In this document: positions 1-9,094 of the stretch, piece after piece
Numbering within the stretch: position 1 is the stretch's first letter
Layout of the letters: every line of letters begins with the position of its first letter
DNA from: Desulfocapsa sulfexigens DSM 10523
Lineage (GTDB): Bacteria; Desulfobacterota; Desulfobulbia; Desulfobulbales; Desulfocapsaceae
Assembly: GCF_000341395.1 (NCBI RefSeq)
Contig: NC_020304.1
Location: forward strand, 2,940,001 to 2,972,000
DNA length: 32,000 nt
Direction of reading: 5' to 3'
The notes under the pieces: model-generated
Database searches by the model: none
The model's input: the letters and a program-made list of their open reading frames with translations, nothing else
What the model was told of the DNA's origin: nothing
Translations under genes and position numbers: made by a program

Positions 1-1181
1 GTCAGTTCCATAAGAGTCTTGATACCCATGATAACAACCAGAACACCAAGCCACTCTTTATAGGCAGTCATGGAGACATATTGGGTCACATATGTACCTA
101 ACCAGATGGAACCGATAAAAATACCTGCACCAAAAGAAAGACCAACCGGCCAGGCAACACGTTTCTCAACCACGGCAAAACGGTAAAAGGAACCAAGTGG
201 AGAGAACAGGGTAAGGGCGATATTTGATGGACGAAGAACGTTGGCAGCATTGATACCTACGGGACCAGCTGTCTGAACAAACAAAGCCTGGAAAGCACCC
301 ATCAACATACCACCGGCAGCACCGATCATTGAAAAATAGGTACCAACAAGAATAGCACCGATAACCACGACCAGAGGATTCATGTAACGATAGCCTTTCG
401 CAAGCCAGAAACCGTTCTTTTCTATGGTGTAAGATCCGCTTTTGGTGCCGTTTACATATACATCAAAACCGGTGTCAGGCGCGGTATGACGAAATGATTT
501 GAAAGAGGCTTTGAAATTTCCGGTGGCTTTGTCGAGATTTATGGATGTGCCCTTATCCCAGTAATTACCGCTTGAGGCATCGCCGATGACGGAGCGGGCA
601 AAAATGACAACTTTACCCTTTTTATTCCCTTCTTTAACAACGGTATCTATACCATATGAATTCTCGTGGCCCCACTTGAACATATTCCACTGTTCAGCGG
701 TTTTGATTGGACCAAGCATGTCTTTGGCGGCAACCTCATCAAAATTCTTTTTCAGCTTGAACATTGTGGTGTTGTAGAGTCCCTGGCCTTTTTTAAAGAG
801 AAAGGAGGGGCCACCAAATTTCTTATCAACATCACTACCAAAAGCTTCTCTGTTGGTTGTCAACATGTAGTAAAGAGGGGGAATCTCAGTATCCATTGTA
901 AAACCGGCCTTTTCACCATTCTGAGGCAGCTTCTTTTTTTCGTAGGTGCCGACGGATGATTGTCCGGCAAATTCTGTGACATTACCTTTGAACATTGCCT
1001 GCTGTGCAACAGCGATATAAAGGTCCTGGCCTGGCTCAATTTGTCCCTCTATGGTAATCGTGTCACCAGCCTTGTATTTATCTGCTGAGACTGTAGCACC
1101 GGCAAATGAACTGCTTTGCAAGGCTAAAAGCCAGATTGAAATCACCATCAAGGATATTGATAGTTGCTTGCATTTCATCAT
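1..1181 (-). CDS. TauE/SafE (TSUP)-family membrane permease with N-terminal signal peptide and about 230 aa periplasmic domain; C-terminus cut by window edge
   Basis: My translation of the minus strand gives MMKCKQLSISLMVISIWLLALQSSSFAGATVSADKYKAGDT...; the C-terminal part reads NPLVVVIGAILVGTYFSMIGAAGGMLMGAFQALFVQ...AAGPVGINAANVLRPSNIAL, typical of TauE/SafE. AGGAG lies 8 nt upstream of the ATG at 1181. Not in the ORF track, presumably because it runs off the edge. Confidence 0.75.
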   Translation of the reverse strand, partial: MMKCKQLSISLMVISIWLLALQSSSFAGATVSADKYKAGDTITIEGQIEPGQDLYIAVAQQAMFKGNVTEFAGQSSVGTYEKKKLPQNGEKAGFTMDTEIPPLYYMLTTNREAFGSDVDKKFGGPSFLFKKGQGLYNTTMFKLKKNFDEVAAKDMLGPIKTAEQWNMFKWGHENSYGIDTVVKEGNKKGKVVIFARSVIGDASSGNYWDKGTSINLDKATGNFKASFKSFRHTAPDTGFDVYVNGTKSGSYTIEKNGFWLAKGYRYMNPLVVVIGAILVGTYFSMIGAAGGMLMGAFQALFVQTAGPVGINAANVLRPSNIALTLFSPLGSFYRFAVVEKRVAWPVGLSFGAGIFIGSIWLGTYVTQYVSMTAYKEWLGVLVVIMGIKTLMEL

Positions 1182-1329
1182 CTTCATATCTCCTTTTTTT
1201 GATTAATATAACCAGAGTGAAGCCCTATCGTACGTAGCTTCTCTTGTGCTCCTTCTGTTAAAGATCCCTTTTAATTCCTGGTTTCTACCTCCTTTTTAAT
1301 AGTCGCTGTTATCAAGATGTGTGGAAAGC

Positions 1330-1695
1330 TCATCTGGCGAGGTTGAGTACCTTTTCCACCTTCTCTTCAAGTTCATCACGATCAATAGGTTTCACACAAT
1401 ATTCATCGGCGCCCAGGCTGATAGCCTCACGGGCGGTTTCTACGGTCGGATATCCGGTAAGCATGATCACCCGAATGGAAGGATCAATTTTTTTTAGAAT
1501 TGCCAGGACCTCAACTCCATTCATCTTTTTTAACTTTATATCGAGAATGGCCAGGTCGATTTTGTGCATTTCAGCATGGGTAATGGCATCCTCTTCTTCT
1601 GTGAAGGTGTGAACTGTATGTCCTTTTTTACGAAGAATTTTTCCTATGAGCACTGTTGCATCGCGGATATCATCAAGGGTTATGATCTCTGCCAT
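1330..1695 (-). CDS. Single-domain response regulator (CheY-like receiver)
   Basis: Acidic pair LDD, phosphoacceptor LAILDIKL, MLTGYP and VKP motifs; no output domain. Confidence 0.9.
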   Translation of the reverse strand: MAEIITLDDIRDATVLIGKILRKKGHTVHTFTEEEDAITHAEMHKIDLAILDIKLKKMNGVEVLAILKKIDPSIRVIMLTGYPTVETAREAISLGADEYCVKPIDRDELEEKVEKVLNLAR

Positions 1696-1708
1696 ATGTA
1701 CCTCTGAG

Positions 1709-3292
1709 TTACTGGTTCTTAGGTTTAAGGGTATCGCTATCCCTTTCGTCCGATATAGCTGGAAGGGTAACGTGAAAAGCTGTTCCGCCAGGGGATTTTC
1801 CGGTTTCGTTGTCAGTAACAGGAGACTCTATATCTATTCTTCCCTCGTGTTCCTGAATGATGCCGTAGGAGACTGAAAGACCAAGACCGGTACCTTTGCC
1901 AACGGGTTTGGTCGTGAAGAATGGGTCAAAAATAGAGGAAAGAATTTTTTCAGGTATACCGTGTCCGGTATCCATGACTGTTGCTATAACTTCTCTGCTG
2001 TCTTCACTGTTACGGGTCCTGATGTAGAGTTCACCACTCCCCTGGTCTTCCATTGCATGATGAGCATTATTGATAAAATTAATGAAAACCTGACGTAACT
2101 TTTCAGTGTCTCCGATGACACTGTTCAGGTTGGGGCTCAAATTTCTGTGGACCGTAATATGATCAATATTCAGTGAGTGTTCAGTTACGGCAAGTACATC
2201 GGTTACTATTTCATTGATGGAAATAATGTCCTTAGAGCTTTCTCCCTGTCTTGCAAATTTCAGAAGGTCGGCTACAATTTTCCGGCACGTTTTTGTTTGA
2301 CGTCCTATGACTTCCAGGCTTTCTCCTTCTTCGGTGTCTGGAGGAAAATCGTCCATCAGCAGTTGGGAATAGCCGAGTATGACGCCGAGAGGTGTGTTTA
2401 TTTCGTGGGCAACTCCCGCCGCCATCTGACCGATCGAAGCCATTTTTTCACTGGATGCCAGCTGGGCCATCATCGTCTTAACACGGGTAAGATCCTTGGC
2501 TATTCCTTCACAGCCAGTGAATTCACCGGCATCATTATGGATAGCGTTGGCAGAGAGAAGAACGTAGATGATACTGTCATCGGCTTTTTTGAATTCAACC
2601 TCAAGATCTTCGACAAAGCCACGAGTGAGAATTTCTTCAAAGTAGTTATCAAGATCGTCTTCATGAGAAAATATGTCCCATAGATTCAATGATGGCGGAT
2701 CATTGAATGGGTATCCAAGCATTTCAAGACCCGATGCATTCATATTGACCAGCCTGTTGTCTGAATCACAAAAATAAATCATGTCCTTTGAGTTGATGAA
2801 AAAGTTTCTGAATTTTTTCTCAGAGGCAGAGAGCTCTTTGGTACGGCTTTCGACCATTTCTTCAAGGTGACTATTCATCTCGTGGAGTTTCACTCCCGCC
2901 TGCTGAAGTTCACTATTGGCGGTTTTGAGACTTCTAGCCTTTTCCTCAATGGCACGATATCCTTCTATTCCTTTATGGTAATAGATGGTAACTGCCGCGA
3001 GAGAAGTCATAAGAAGTGTATTGAACCCTCCGGCCAGTGGAGCGAGAGTTCTCCACTGGTCATCGTTTCCGCTGATAAGTAAAACCTGTTTGACAAGATG
3101 TCCCATCGCTCTTGATACGGCAAATGCGGACAGTGTCATGCAGAAATAGAACAAGAACCCCCAGAGAAAGTTGTCCGGTTGTTCTTTTGTTAAAAGAAAA
3201 GCGTAGCGTAGGGAAAGAAATGAAAAAATAATTATGATAACGGAGCCGATCATGTCTGTGAAGTCGGCTGGAAACATGCTGAGACTACTCAT
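1709..3292 (-). CDS. Membrane-anchored PAS-domain sensor histidine kinase
   Basis: Hydrophobic N-terminus, coiled coil, PAS ([25 protein letters not shown]), H-box [15 protein letters not shown]-box [10 protein letters not shown]-boxes DTGHGIP and GKGTGLGLS. Confidence 0.92.
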   Translation of the reverse strand: MSSLSMFPADFTDMIGSVIIIIFSFLSLRYAFLLTKEQPDNFLWGFLFYFCMTLSAFAVSRAMGHLVKQVLLISGNDDQWRTLAPLAGGFNTLLMTSLAAVTIYYHKGIEGYRAIEEKARSLKTANSELQQAGVKLHEMNSHLEEMVESRTKELSASEKKFRNFFINSKDMIYFCDSDNRLVNMNASGLEMLGYPFNDPPSLNLWDIFSHEDDLDNYFEEILTRGFVEDLEVEFKKADDSIIYVLLSANAIHNDAGEFTGCEGIAKDLTRVKTMMAQLASSEKMASIGQMAAGVAHEINTPLGVILGYSQLLMDDFPPDTEEGESLEVIGRQTKTCRKIVADLLKFARQGESSKDIISINEIVTDVLAVTEHSLNIDHITVHRNLSPNLNSVIGDTEKLRQVFINFINNAHHAMEDQGSGELYIRTRNSEDSREVIATVMDTGHGIPEKILSSIFDPFFTTKPVGKGTGLGLSVSYGIIQEHEGRIDIESPVTDNETGKSPGGTAFHVTLPAISDERDSDTLKPKNQ

Positions 3293-3762
3293 GTCTTCAC
3301 CTTATCGCGGATTCCGAGGTAGAGAGAACGGAGACAGAGGTACAGACAGAACATCGCAGGAACGCTAAAAAGATGATCAAGTTTTGTGAAATAATATATC
3401 AGTTTCGTTGCGGTGATTGGGCCCGTAATTTTTGTAGACAAGTATCCGTTGTCTCGGGCAATGTCAGTTACCTCGATATGTTCGCTCATCCAGTGCCCGG
3501 TAAATGCAACGATATTCCAGAAAATCATGAAGATGCAGAACATCTGGAGGAAGCGCCATCCTTTGCTGGGAAATGAACTTCTGCGAATATCCCAGAAGAG
3601 GTAGCAGAGCGCGGCAAGAAAAAAGATGTGGGCCAGCTGATGCACATATATCCCTTCAGGGGCAGCATGGGATTGGAGTGCCTGGGCTTGATTCGGAAAA
3701 ATAAGAAATACTGTAAGGAGGAACAAACAGAATATCTTGTGTATTTTCCTGGAATGAATCAT
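3289..3762 (-). CDS. Small membrane protein of unknown function, overlapping the kinase start (probable sensory partner)
   Basis: ORF with signal-like N-terminus (IFCLFLLTVFLIFPNQAQA) and several TM segments; overlaps the downstream kinase by 4 bp. The track starts it at 3780 (TTG); ATG at 3762 has AGGAG just upstream and is preferred. Confidence 0.7.
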   Translation of the reverse strand: MIHSRKIHKIFCLFLLTVFLIFPNQAQALQSHAAPEGIYVHQLAHIFFLAALCYLFWDIRRSSFPSKGWRFLQMFCIFMIFWNIVAFTGHWMSEHIEVTDIARDNGYLSTKITGPITATKLIYYFTKLDHLFSVPAMFCLYLCLRSLYLGIRDKVKT

Positions 3763-4092
3763 TTGACTCCTGTGCAACAATTTAGAGGCAGTATGGAGGA
3801 GCTGTTCTTGGCAGCAATGTCGTCTGGCCCATTGGCCAATACAGGATGAACAGTATTGTTTTCTGCAGCATCTATTTCAATTGCTGGCCCACATCTGTAG
3901 GAAGTGTTGCACATGTGATGCCAGAAATGAAATTCAATATGACAAAATAGAAATGAGCTGTTGTAACAGGGAATTGAGTTGGATTCGTTTTGGGAGTATT
4001 TGCCAGGGAAAAGCCGTTCGAAAGAGGAATGAGCGATTTTGGTGCAATATGAATGTTTCAGTGCAACAAATATATTGCAGGTGGTTAAGAAC

Positions 4093-5517
4093 TTACTTAT
4101 AGGTACTTGACTGGATAGCGTGTTTACGCATGAGGCGTTGAAATGCCTGACGTTCCATGCAACTGGCCCTGGCAGCAGCCGTGACGTTACCCTTACTGTT
4201 GTGCAGGCAGTTTTTTAGATAGGAAATTGTAAAATCTGAAATGATGGTCTGTTTTGCATCTTTATAGGGAAGGGAGTGAATATTTTGTGGAAGAGGAAGC
4301 TGGGAGGGATCATAGTTGCAGGTATTGTTACCATCGTCATTTTTTAAATCATGTACAGTCAGGATGTGGTCAGAAGCGAGCAGGACAGCTCTGTTGATAA
4401 TATTCTGAAATTCCCTGACATTTCCCTTCCATGGCTGTTGCATCATGCACTGCATGGCTTCTTTGCTGAAAGACAAATTTTCTCTTTCATACTCAATCGC
4501 ATACATCTTCAGAAAGTGCTGGGCCAGTAATGGGATGTCTTCCTTCATTTCACGTAAGGAGGGGAGTACAATGTTCATTACATTCAGTCTATAGTACAGA
4601 TCCTCTCTGAATTCTCCTTTCTCGATTTTTTCCTCAAGATTCTGATTCGTTGAAGCAAGAACCCGGACATCGACTTTGATGGTTTTGGTCTGGCCAAGAG
4701 GTTGGATCTCTTTTTCCTGAAGGACTCGGAGTAATTTTGTCTGGAGACTGACAGGAATATCGGCAATTTCATCGAGTAAGATAGTTGAGCCTTCGGCTTC
4801 AAGGAATAAACCATCTTTGTCGTTGTCTGCGCCGGTAAATGCACCTTTGCAGTAGCCAAAGAGTTCACTTTCCAGGATTTGCTCAGGAAGTGCAGGGCAA
4901 TTTACGGTGATCATCTTTCTGGCAGCACGCTTTGAGGAAAGGTGCACCGTACGTGCGGCGACTTCTTTACCTGTTCCAGATTCACCCCGAATAAGAAGTG
5001 TAGCATCGCTTTTCCCATAACGGATAAGCAGGTCAACCGCCTGTCGAAGGGGTTTTGACTTGCCAATAAATTGAGTTGAATTGCAATTATTAATGACCTG
5101 TTGCTGCAACCTTTGGTTTTCTTTCAGCAGTTTGGTGCGTTCCATGGCACGTTTGACAACTTGACTGATTTTGTCATTGTCAAAGGGTTTCTCGAAAAAG
5201 TCATAAGCTCCCTTTTTGAGTGCCTTGACGGCCATCTCAACGGTACCGTAGCCAGTCATGATAATAGTGGAAATAGTTGGGTCCGTAGTCTGTATAAATT
5301 CGAGAAGCTGCAGACCATCGGTTTCAGGCATAATAATATCAGTAAGGACGACGTCGGGCTTCCAGCCTTGTATCTGTGTCTGTGCCTCTGCGCCAGTATT
5401 GGCAAGTGATATGTCGCAGTCACATTTTTTAGCCAATACCTTTTTCAGGAGATTGAGAAGATCTCGTTCATCATCAACAATCAGAAGTCGCATCTTTTTC
5501 TCTGCTTCACCATTCAT
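4093..5517 (-). CDS. Sigma54-dependent response regulator (NtrC/AtoC family)
   Basis: Receiver LLIVDDE...DVVLTDIIMP...KPFDND; AAA+ GESGTGKE, GAFTGADNDKDG, ESELFG, ILLDEIADIP; Fis-type C-terminal HTH. Confidence 0.95.
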   Translation of the reverse strand: MNGEAEKKMRLLIVDDERDLLNLLKKVLAKKCDCDISLANTGAEAQTQIQGWKPDVVLTDIIMPETDGLQLLEFIQTTDPTISTIIMTGYGTVEMAVKALKKGAYDFFEKPFDNDKISQVVKRAMERTKLLKENQRLQQQVINNCNSTQFIGKSKPLRQAVDLLIRYGKSDATLLIRGESGTGKEVAARTVHLSSKRAARKMITVNCPALPEQILESELFGYCKGAFTGADNDKDGLFLEAEGSTILLDEIADIPVSLQTKLLRVLQEKEIQPLGQTKTIKVDVRVLASTNQNLEEKIEKGEFREDLYYRLNVMNIVLPSLREMKEDIPLLAQHFLKMYAIEYERENLSFSKEAMQCMMQQPWKGNVREFQNIINRAVLLASDHILTVHDLKNDDGNNTCNYDPSQLPLPQNIHSLPYKDAKQTIISDFTISYLKNCLHNSKGNVTAAARASCMERQAFQRLMRKHAIQSSTYK

Positions 5518-5520
5518 TGG

Positions 5521-6504
5521 CTATTTCTCTGCTACCTTGAGCATGGCCTGGAAGTAATGCTGAACAAAGCGACCGGATATGGTGTCGAGTATCGAGAAGG
5601 ATGGTATCTCCTCGGGCGGGAAGGACCCAGTCAAGGCAAAGAAGACATCTCGTGAAAGGGTGCTTATCATAGATGTTATTTTCTCAGTGTTTCTCTCATC
5701 TGTCAAGTTCCTGCAGTGAACAGGGCGTTCCCTGGCGATGAGAGAGCACGTTCCATTTTGTAGAAGAGGACAGGTGGTGAAAATTTTATCGTTGGTATAT
5801 TTTTGTGCCAGGGATGCAGCCTTATGGATAACGGCTTCACGAGCACTGCTTGTCAGTGAGAGGTTCATATTATGACTGACAAATACTGCTTCGATTAGTT
5901 GTAGTTCAAAGTATTCATGACAGCATGGTTCGTCTTTGATCCATTGCGCGTCTTCTTCATCACTCTGCCTGGCAAACTCTGAGACTATTGCCTGATATTC
6001 TACAAAAAAAGGAGTTAAATCTATGGTACTGTCGTGCTGTATACTGGCTTCACGGGCGATGAGCTTTCCCTGTTTCTTGCCGTACTTCTTGAGGAGCTTC
6101 CATTGACTGTAATTTGTTGGTGTGGCCCGCGTTGTTTGTAAGGTTTTCTCAGCAAGTTTCAAACCCAGACCACGCCTGAGCAGATAGGCCGAGACAAAAG
6201 TTCCTGTGCGACCAATACCATGACGGCAGTGAACCAGAACCTTTTTTTTTAGATAAATTGACTCATCAAACCAGTGCAGAGCTTTTTCCATTGCCTCCAT
6301 TTGGGGAGCACATTCGTCGTGGACAGGGAGGTAATATACCTCAAACCCTGCCTGCTCTTCAAGCTCGTGAAGGTCACTGAATTCAGCACAGAGATTGACA
6401 ATGGCATTGATTCCCTGTTCTTTTATGGAATCCAGTTCTTCATAGGACATAGGGGCATGTCCAACTGCCAGTTGATTTGTTATCCAGGTAAGTTCATAAG
6501 ACAT
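5521..6504 (-). CDS. Dual-specificity (tyrosine) phosphatase domain fused to a C-terminal YkgJ-like Cys-cluster domain
   Basis: PTP loop HCRHGIGRTG preceded by the WF/D-loop region; C-terminal CCHEYF...CPLLQNGTCSLIARERPVHCR resembles the YkgJ pattern CPxL..G.C.IY..RP..CR. Confidence 0.82.
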   Translation of the reverse strand: MSYELTWITNQLAVGHAPMSYEELDSIKEQGINAIVNLCAEFSDLHELEEQAGFEVYYLPVHDECAPQMEAMEKALHWFDESIYLKKKVLVHCRHGIGRTGTFVSAYLLRRGLGLKLAEKTLQTTRATPTNYSQWKLLKKYGKKQGKLIAREASIQHDSTIDLTPFFVEYQAIVSEFARQSDEEDAQWIKDEPCCHEYFELQLIEAVFVSHNMNLSLTSSAREAVIHKAASLAQKYTNDKIFTTCPLLQNGTCSLIARERPVHCRNLTDERNTEKITSMISTLSRDVFFALTGSFPPEEIPSFSILDTISGRFVQHYFQAMLKVAEK

Positions 6505-6530
6505 AGGAGGAGCCCTGATGGTCTACTGAG

Positions 6531-8981
6531 TTACAGCACCCGAAAGAATTTATCGATTTGTTGTTCTACCATTTCAGTATCCTTGAGGCGCATATCCATC
6601 TGTTTGGTTACTCCCAGAAGCTTTCCCAAAGACTCTATGCGTTCCATAAGACTGTCAGCTGAAATACCGCTTATTCTGGCGTCGAGAAGATCTCCTTTGA
6701 TTGTAACATCAAAACCAAGGCGGCTAAGTACTTTGTCCAGAAAAAGGATTCGAAGCTCGCGTCCTTCAAATTCACCACCGCCTCCGGCAAAACGCAATGT
6801 GCAATAACTGGTGGTGGAATCTGGTTCACAAAGAGCATCGATAACAGTGAAATGATATCCAAAACGGATGTTCATATTCAAGTAATCTTTTCCAAGAACG
6901 GCATAACTTGCAGAATCGGAATTTGATTGAAAGGCAAAGGCATCACTCATTGCCATGCGGTCATATCCCTTCCAGTCATAATAGGTCTGTTCGCCCCAAC
7001 TGATATCAGAATGATTAAAACCACGCCATAACGCCTGAAAGGGAGATGAACGTATCAGGTCCACTGTTATTATCTGGAGTGCGGAGGCATGTTTATCAAG
7101 TCCTTCATCCACATCTACAATAAACACTTCGAAGGGAAGCTGGGTCTGAAGTTTCTTTTTCCCACCCTTGATGGTGCTGCAGCGATCCCCTATGGAAAAC
7201 ATGCTCTGGACCGCCATTTCATGGGAAAAACGGATAATGTCATGCAATGAGCGACAGGATTCCGGCGCAAAATCTTTTGACTGTGGATCGAGTAGCTTTA
7301 AAGGTGTTATAAAATCAAGGACAGTTCGCAGCTTACTGAAAAATGGGAGATCTTTATCTCTTTTATAAACAGGGGAAGGCTTTACTTTAGGAGAGTGTGC
7401 TCCTGAGTAGACCGTGCGTGTATCTGCCACAAGAGTGATAACCTCGCCATGTTGAATGCGGGAAATGTCTTTTCCAACGCCAAGGAGGAGTGGGACTCCA
7501 AACTCTCTGCAGACGGTGGCGAAATGCCCGGCAGCACTCCCGAGTTCAGCAATAACTCCATCGACCCGATGGAGAACTCGCACATAGCTTGGAAGGGTTT
7601 CATGGAGCACCAGAATGTGGCCCGGTTCTATTGTGTCCAGAGGATTTTCTGCATCAGGAACCCATGCCCTGGCAGAGGCAAATCCTGATGAGGCCATTAC
7701 ACCACCATGAAAGAGTAACGATTCTTTATTGATAGACAGCTCAGAAGGTATGTTGTTTTCAGATTTGTAAAGATGTAATTCCCGAGTTTGAAGGAAAACA
7801 AAGGTTCCATCACCTTGCAGTGCCCATTCGATATCCTGAGGCCTGTCGAAATGGCGTTCAATGCGAAGAGCCATTTTACCGAGATCCTCTATCTGGGTCG
7901 TGGTGAGGAGTTTTTGTTTTGAGCTCTGCGCAGCAACTGGCAGCGTTGAGTTTTTATCAACTGTAAAAACCTCGGGTATTACAGTACCGCTGACAACTGC
8001 ATCACCAAGGCCAGAGGTGGCGTGGATATACAGTTTGTCTTCTTGAGTTCCTGAGGGATTGATGGTGTAAACAACACCTGCCGTGACTGCATCAACCATG
8101 GTCAGTATCATGACCGCCATGGGAGTTTCTTCGTCGCTGAGGCCGCAGTTAATTCTGTAGGCAAGTGCCTCGGGGCTGTATTTACTGCAAAGTACATCAA
8201 GGTAGGCATCAAGGAGTTTGTCTGTTTCCACGTTGAGATAGCTGGAGTATTGGCCGGCAAATGAGCATTGCCCATCCTCGCTGAGAGCACTGCTTCGGAC
8301 AGCGAAGCGCATGTGTGAGCCTTTTTCGGTCTGAAGTCTTTTCCCGGCATATTTAAGAGCCTCGATGATTTCGGGGGGGATTTCTGCTCCCTTGATCAGG
8401 TCTATAATAGCAACAGAAATTTCAGACAAAAGCCGGGTGGATGTGATGTCTGTTTTAGCGAGTAATGCATTAATGGCCGGTCGCAGATCATTATATTCGA
8501 GAAGATAGGAAAAACAGTTTGTTGTGAGGACATATCCTGAAGGAATAACAAGGTTGAGTTGCTGGTGTAGCTCTGCCAGAGTACTGCTTTTTGCACCAGC
8601 AAGTTGTGTGGTGAGTGCCTCATCATGTAATGGAAGGATAAAAGGTTTGCCGAAATGTAACTCAGGGGGGGCGAAAAAAAAGCGACAATAAAAGTTAAAC
8701 TTATTGAAATAGGCGGGCAGGTCTATATAGGAACCGGGTGCCATACGTTGAAGGTTGATAACCATACCTTCAACGTTTTCAGCAAGGGATTCATATTTCA
8801 GGGAAATTTTACAAAAATCTTCTTTCTTTCCCTGGTAGTAGAGGCTTTCAAGGTCTGCCATGATTTCATGGCATTGACTGTCAAAGGCCAGCAAATTCTG
8901 GAAAGCCTCATAGGTTGTTCGCAACACAGCACCGGGTGCGAATACCCTGTATGTCCAATACTTGAAAAGATTGGTCAACAT
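6531..8981 (-). CDS. PEP/pyruvate-binding (PEP synthase/PPDK-like) protein with phosphohistidine domain and a non-canonical C-terminus
   Basis: AVRSSALSEDGQCSFAGQYSSYLNV and DRPQDIEWALQ match the nucleotide-binding domain; GHILVLHETLPSYV...GSAAGHFATVCREFGVPLLLGVG matches the swivelling phospho-His domain. I find no C-terminal TIM-barrel PEP-binding motifs. Confidence 0.82.
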   Translation of the reverse strand: MLTNLFKYWTYRVFAPGAVLRTTYEAFQNLLAFDSQCHEIMADLESLYYQGKKEDFCKISLKYESLAENVEGMVINLQRMAPGSYIDLPAYFNKFNFYCRFFFAPPELHFGKPFILPLHDEALTTQLAGAKSSTLAELHQQLNLVIPSGYVLTTNCFSYLLEYNDLRPAINALLAKTDITSTRLLSEISVAIIDLIKGAEIPPEIIEALKYAGKRLQTEKGSHMRFAVRSSALSEDGQCSFAGQYSSYLNVETDKLLDAYLDVLCSKYSPEALAYRINCGLSDEETPMAVMILTMVDAVTAGVVYTINPSGTQEDKLYIHATSGLGDAVVSGTVIPEVFTVDKNSTLPVAAQSSKQKLLTTTQIEDLGKMALRIERHFDRPQDIEWALQGDGTFVFLQTRELHLYKSENNIPSELSINKESLLFHGGVMASSGFASARAWVPDAENPLDTIEPGHILVLHETLPSYVRVLHRVDGVIAELGSAAGHFATVCREFGVPLLLGVGKDISRIQHGEVITLVADTRTVYSGAHSPKVKPSPVYKRDKDLPFFSKLRTVLDFITPLKLLDPQSKDFAPESCRSLHDIIRFSHEMAVQSMFSIGDRCSTIKGGKKKLQTQLPFEVFIVDVDEGLDKHASALQIITVDLIRSSPFQALWRGFNHSDISWGEQTYYDWKGYDRMAMSDAFAFQSNSDSASYAVLGKDYLNMNIRFGYHFTVIDALCEPDSTTSYCTLRFAGGGGEFEGRELRILFLDKVLSRLGFDVTIKGDLLDARISGISADSLMERIESLGKLLGVTKQMDMRLKDTEMVEQQIDKFFRVL

Positions 8982-9094
8982 TGCCTGAGAGGATTTTTGG
9001 ATAATGCCTCCTTTAATCAGCGATGAAAAGGATAAACTAATTACAGATCATAGAGTTGTAAAATCACTAATCCGGGTTCGTTTCAGGTAATACG

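Noticed and set aside
2177-2683. 168-aa + strand ORF inside the histidine kinase
   Set aside because: Antisense to a well-supported kinase frame with all motifs intact; no family signal.
3763-4092. Possible sigma54 promoter upstream of the membrane protein/kinase operon (tgggccagacgacattgc on the minus strand)
   Set aside because: GG-to-GC spacing is too long for the -24/-12 consensus TGGCAC-N5-TTGC.
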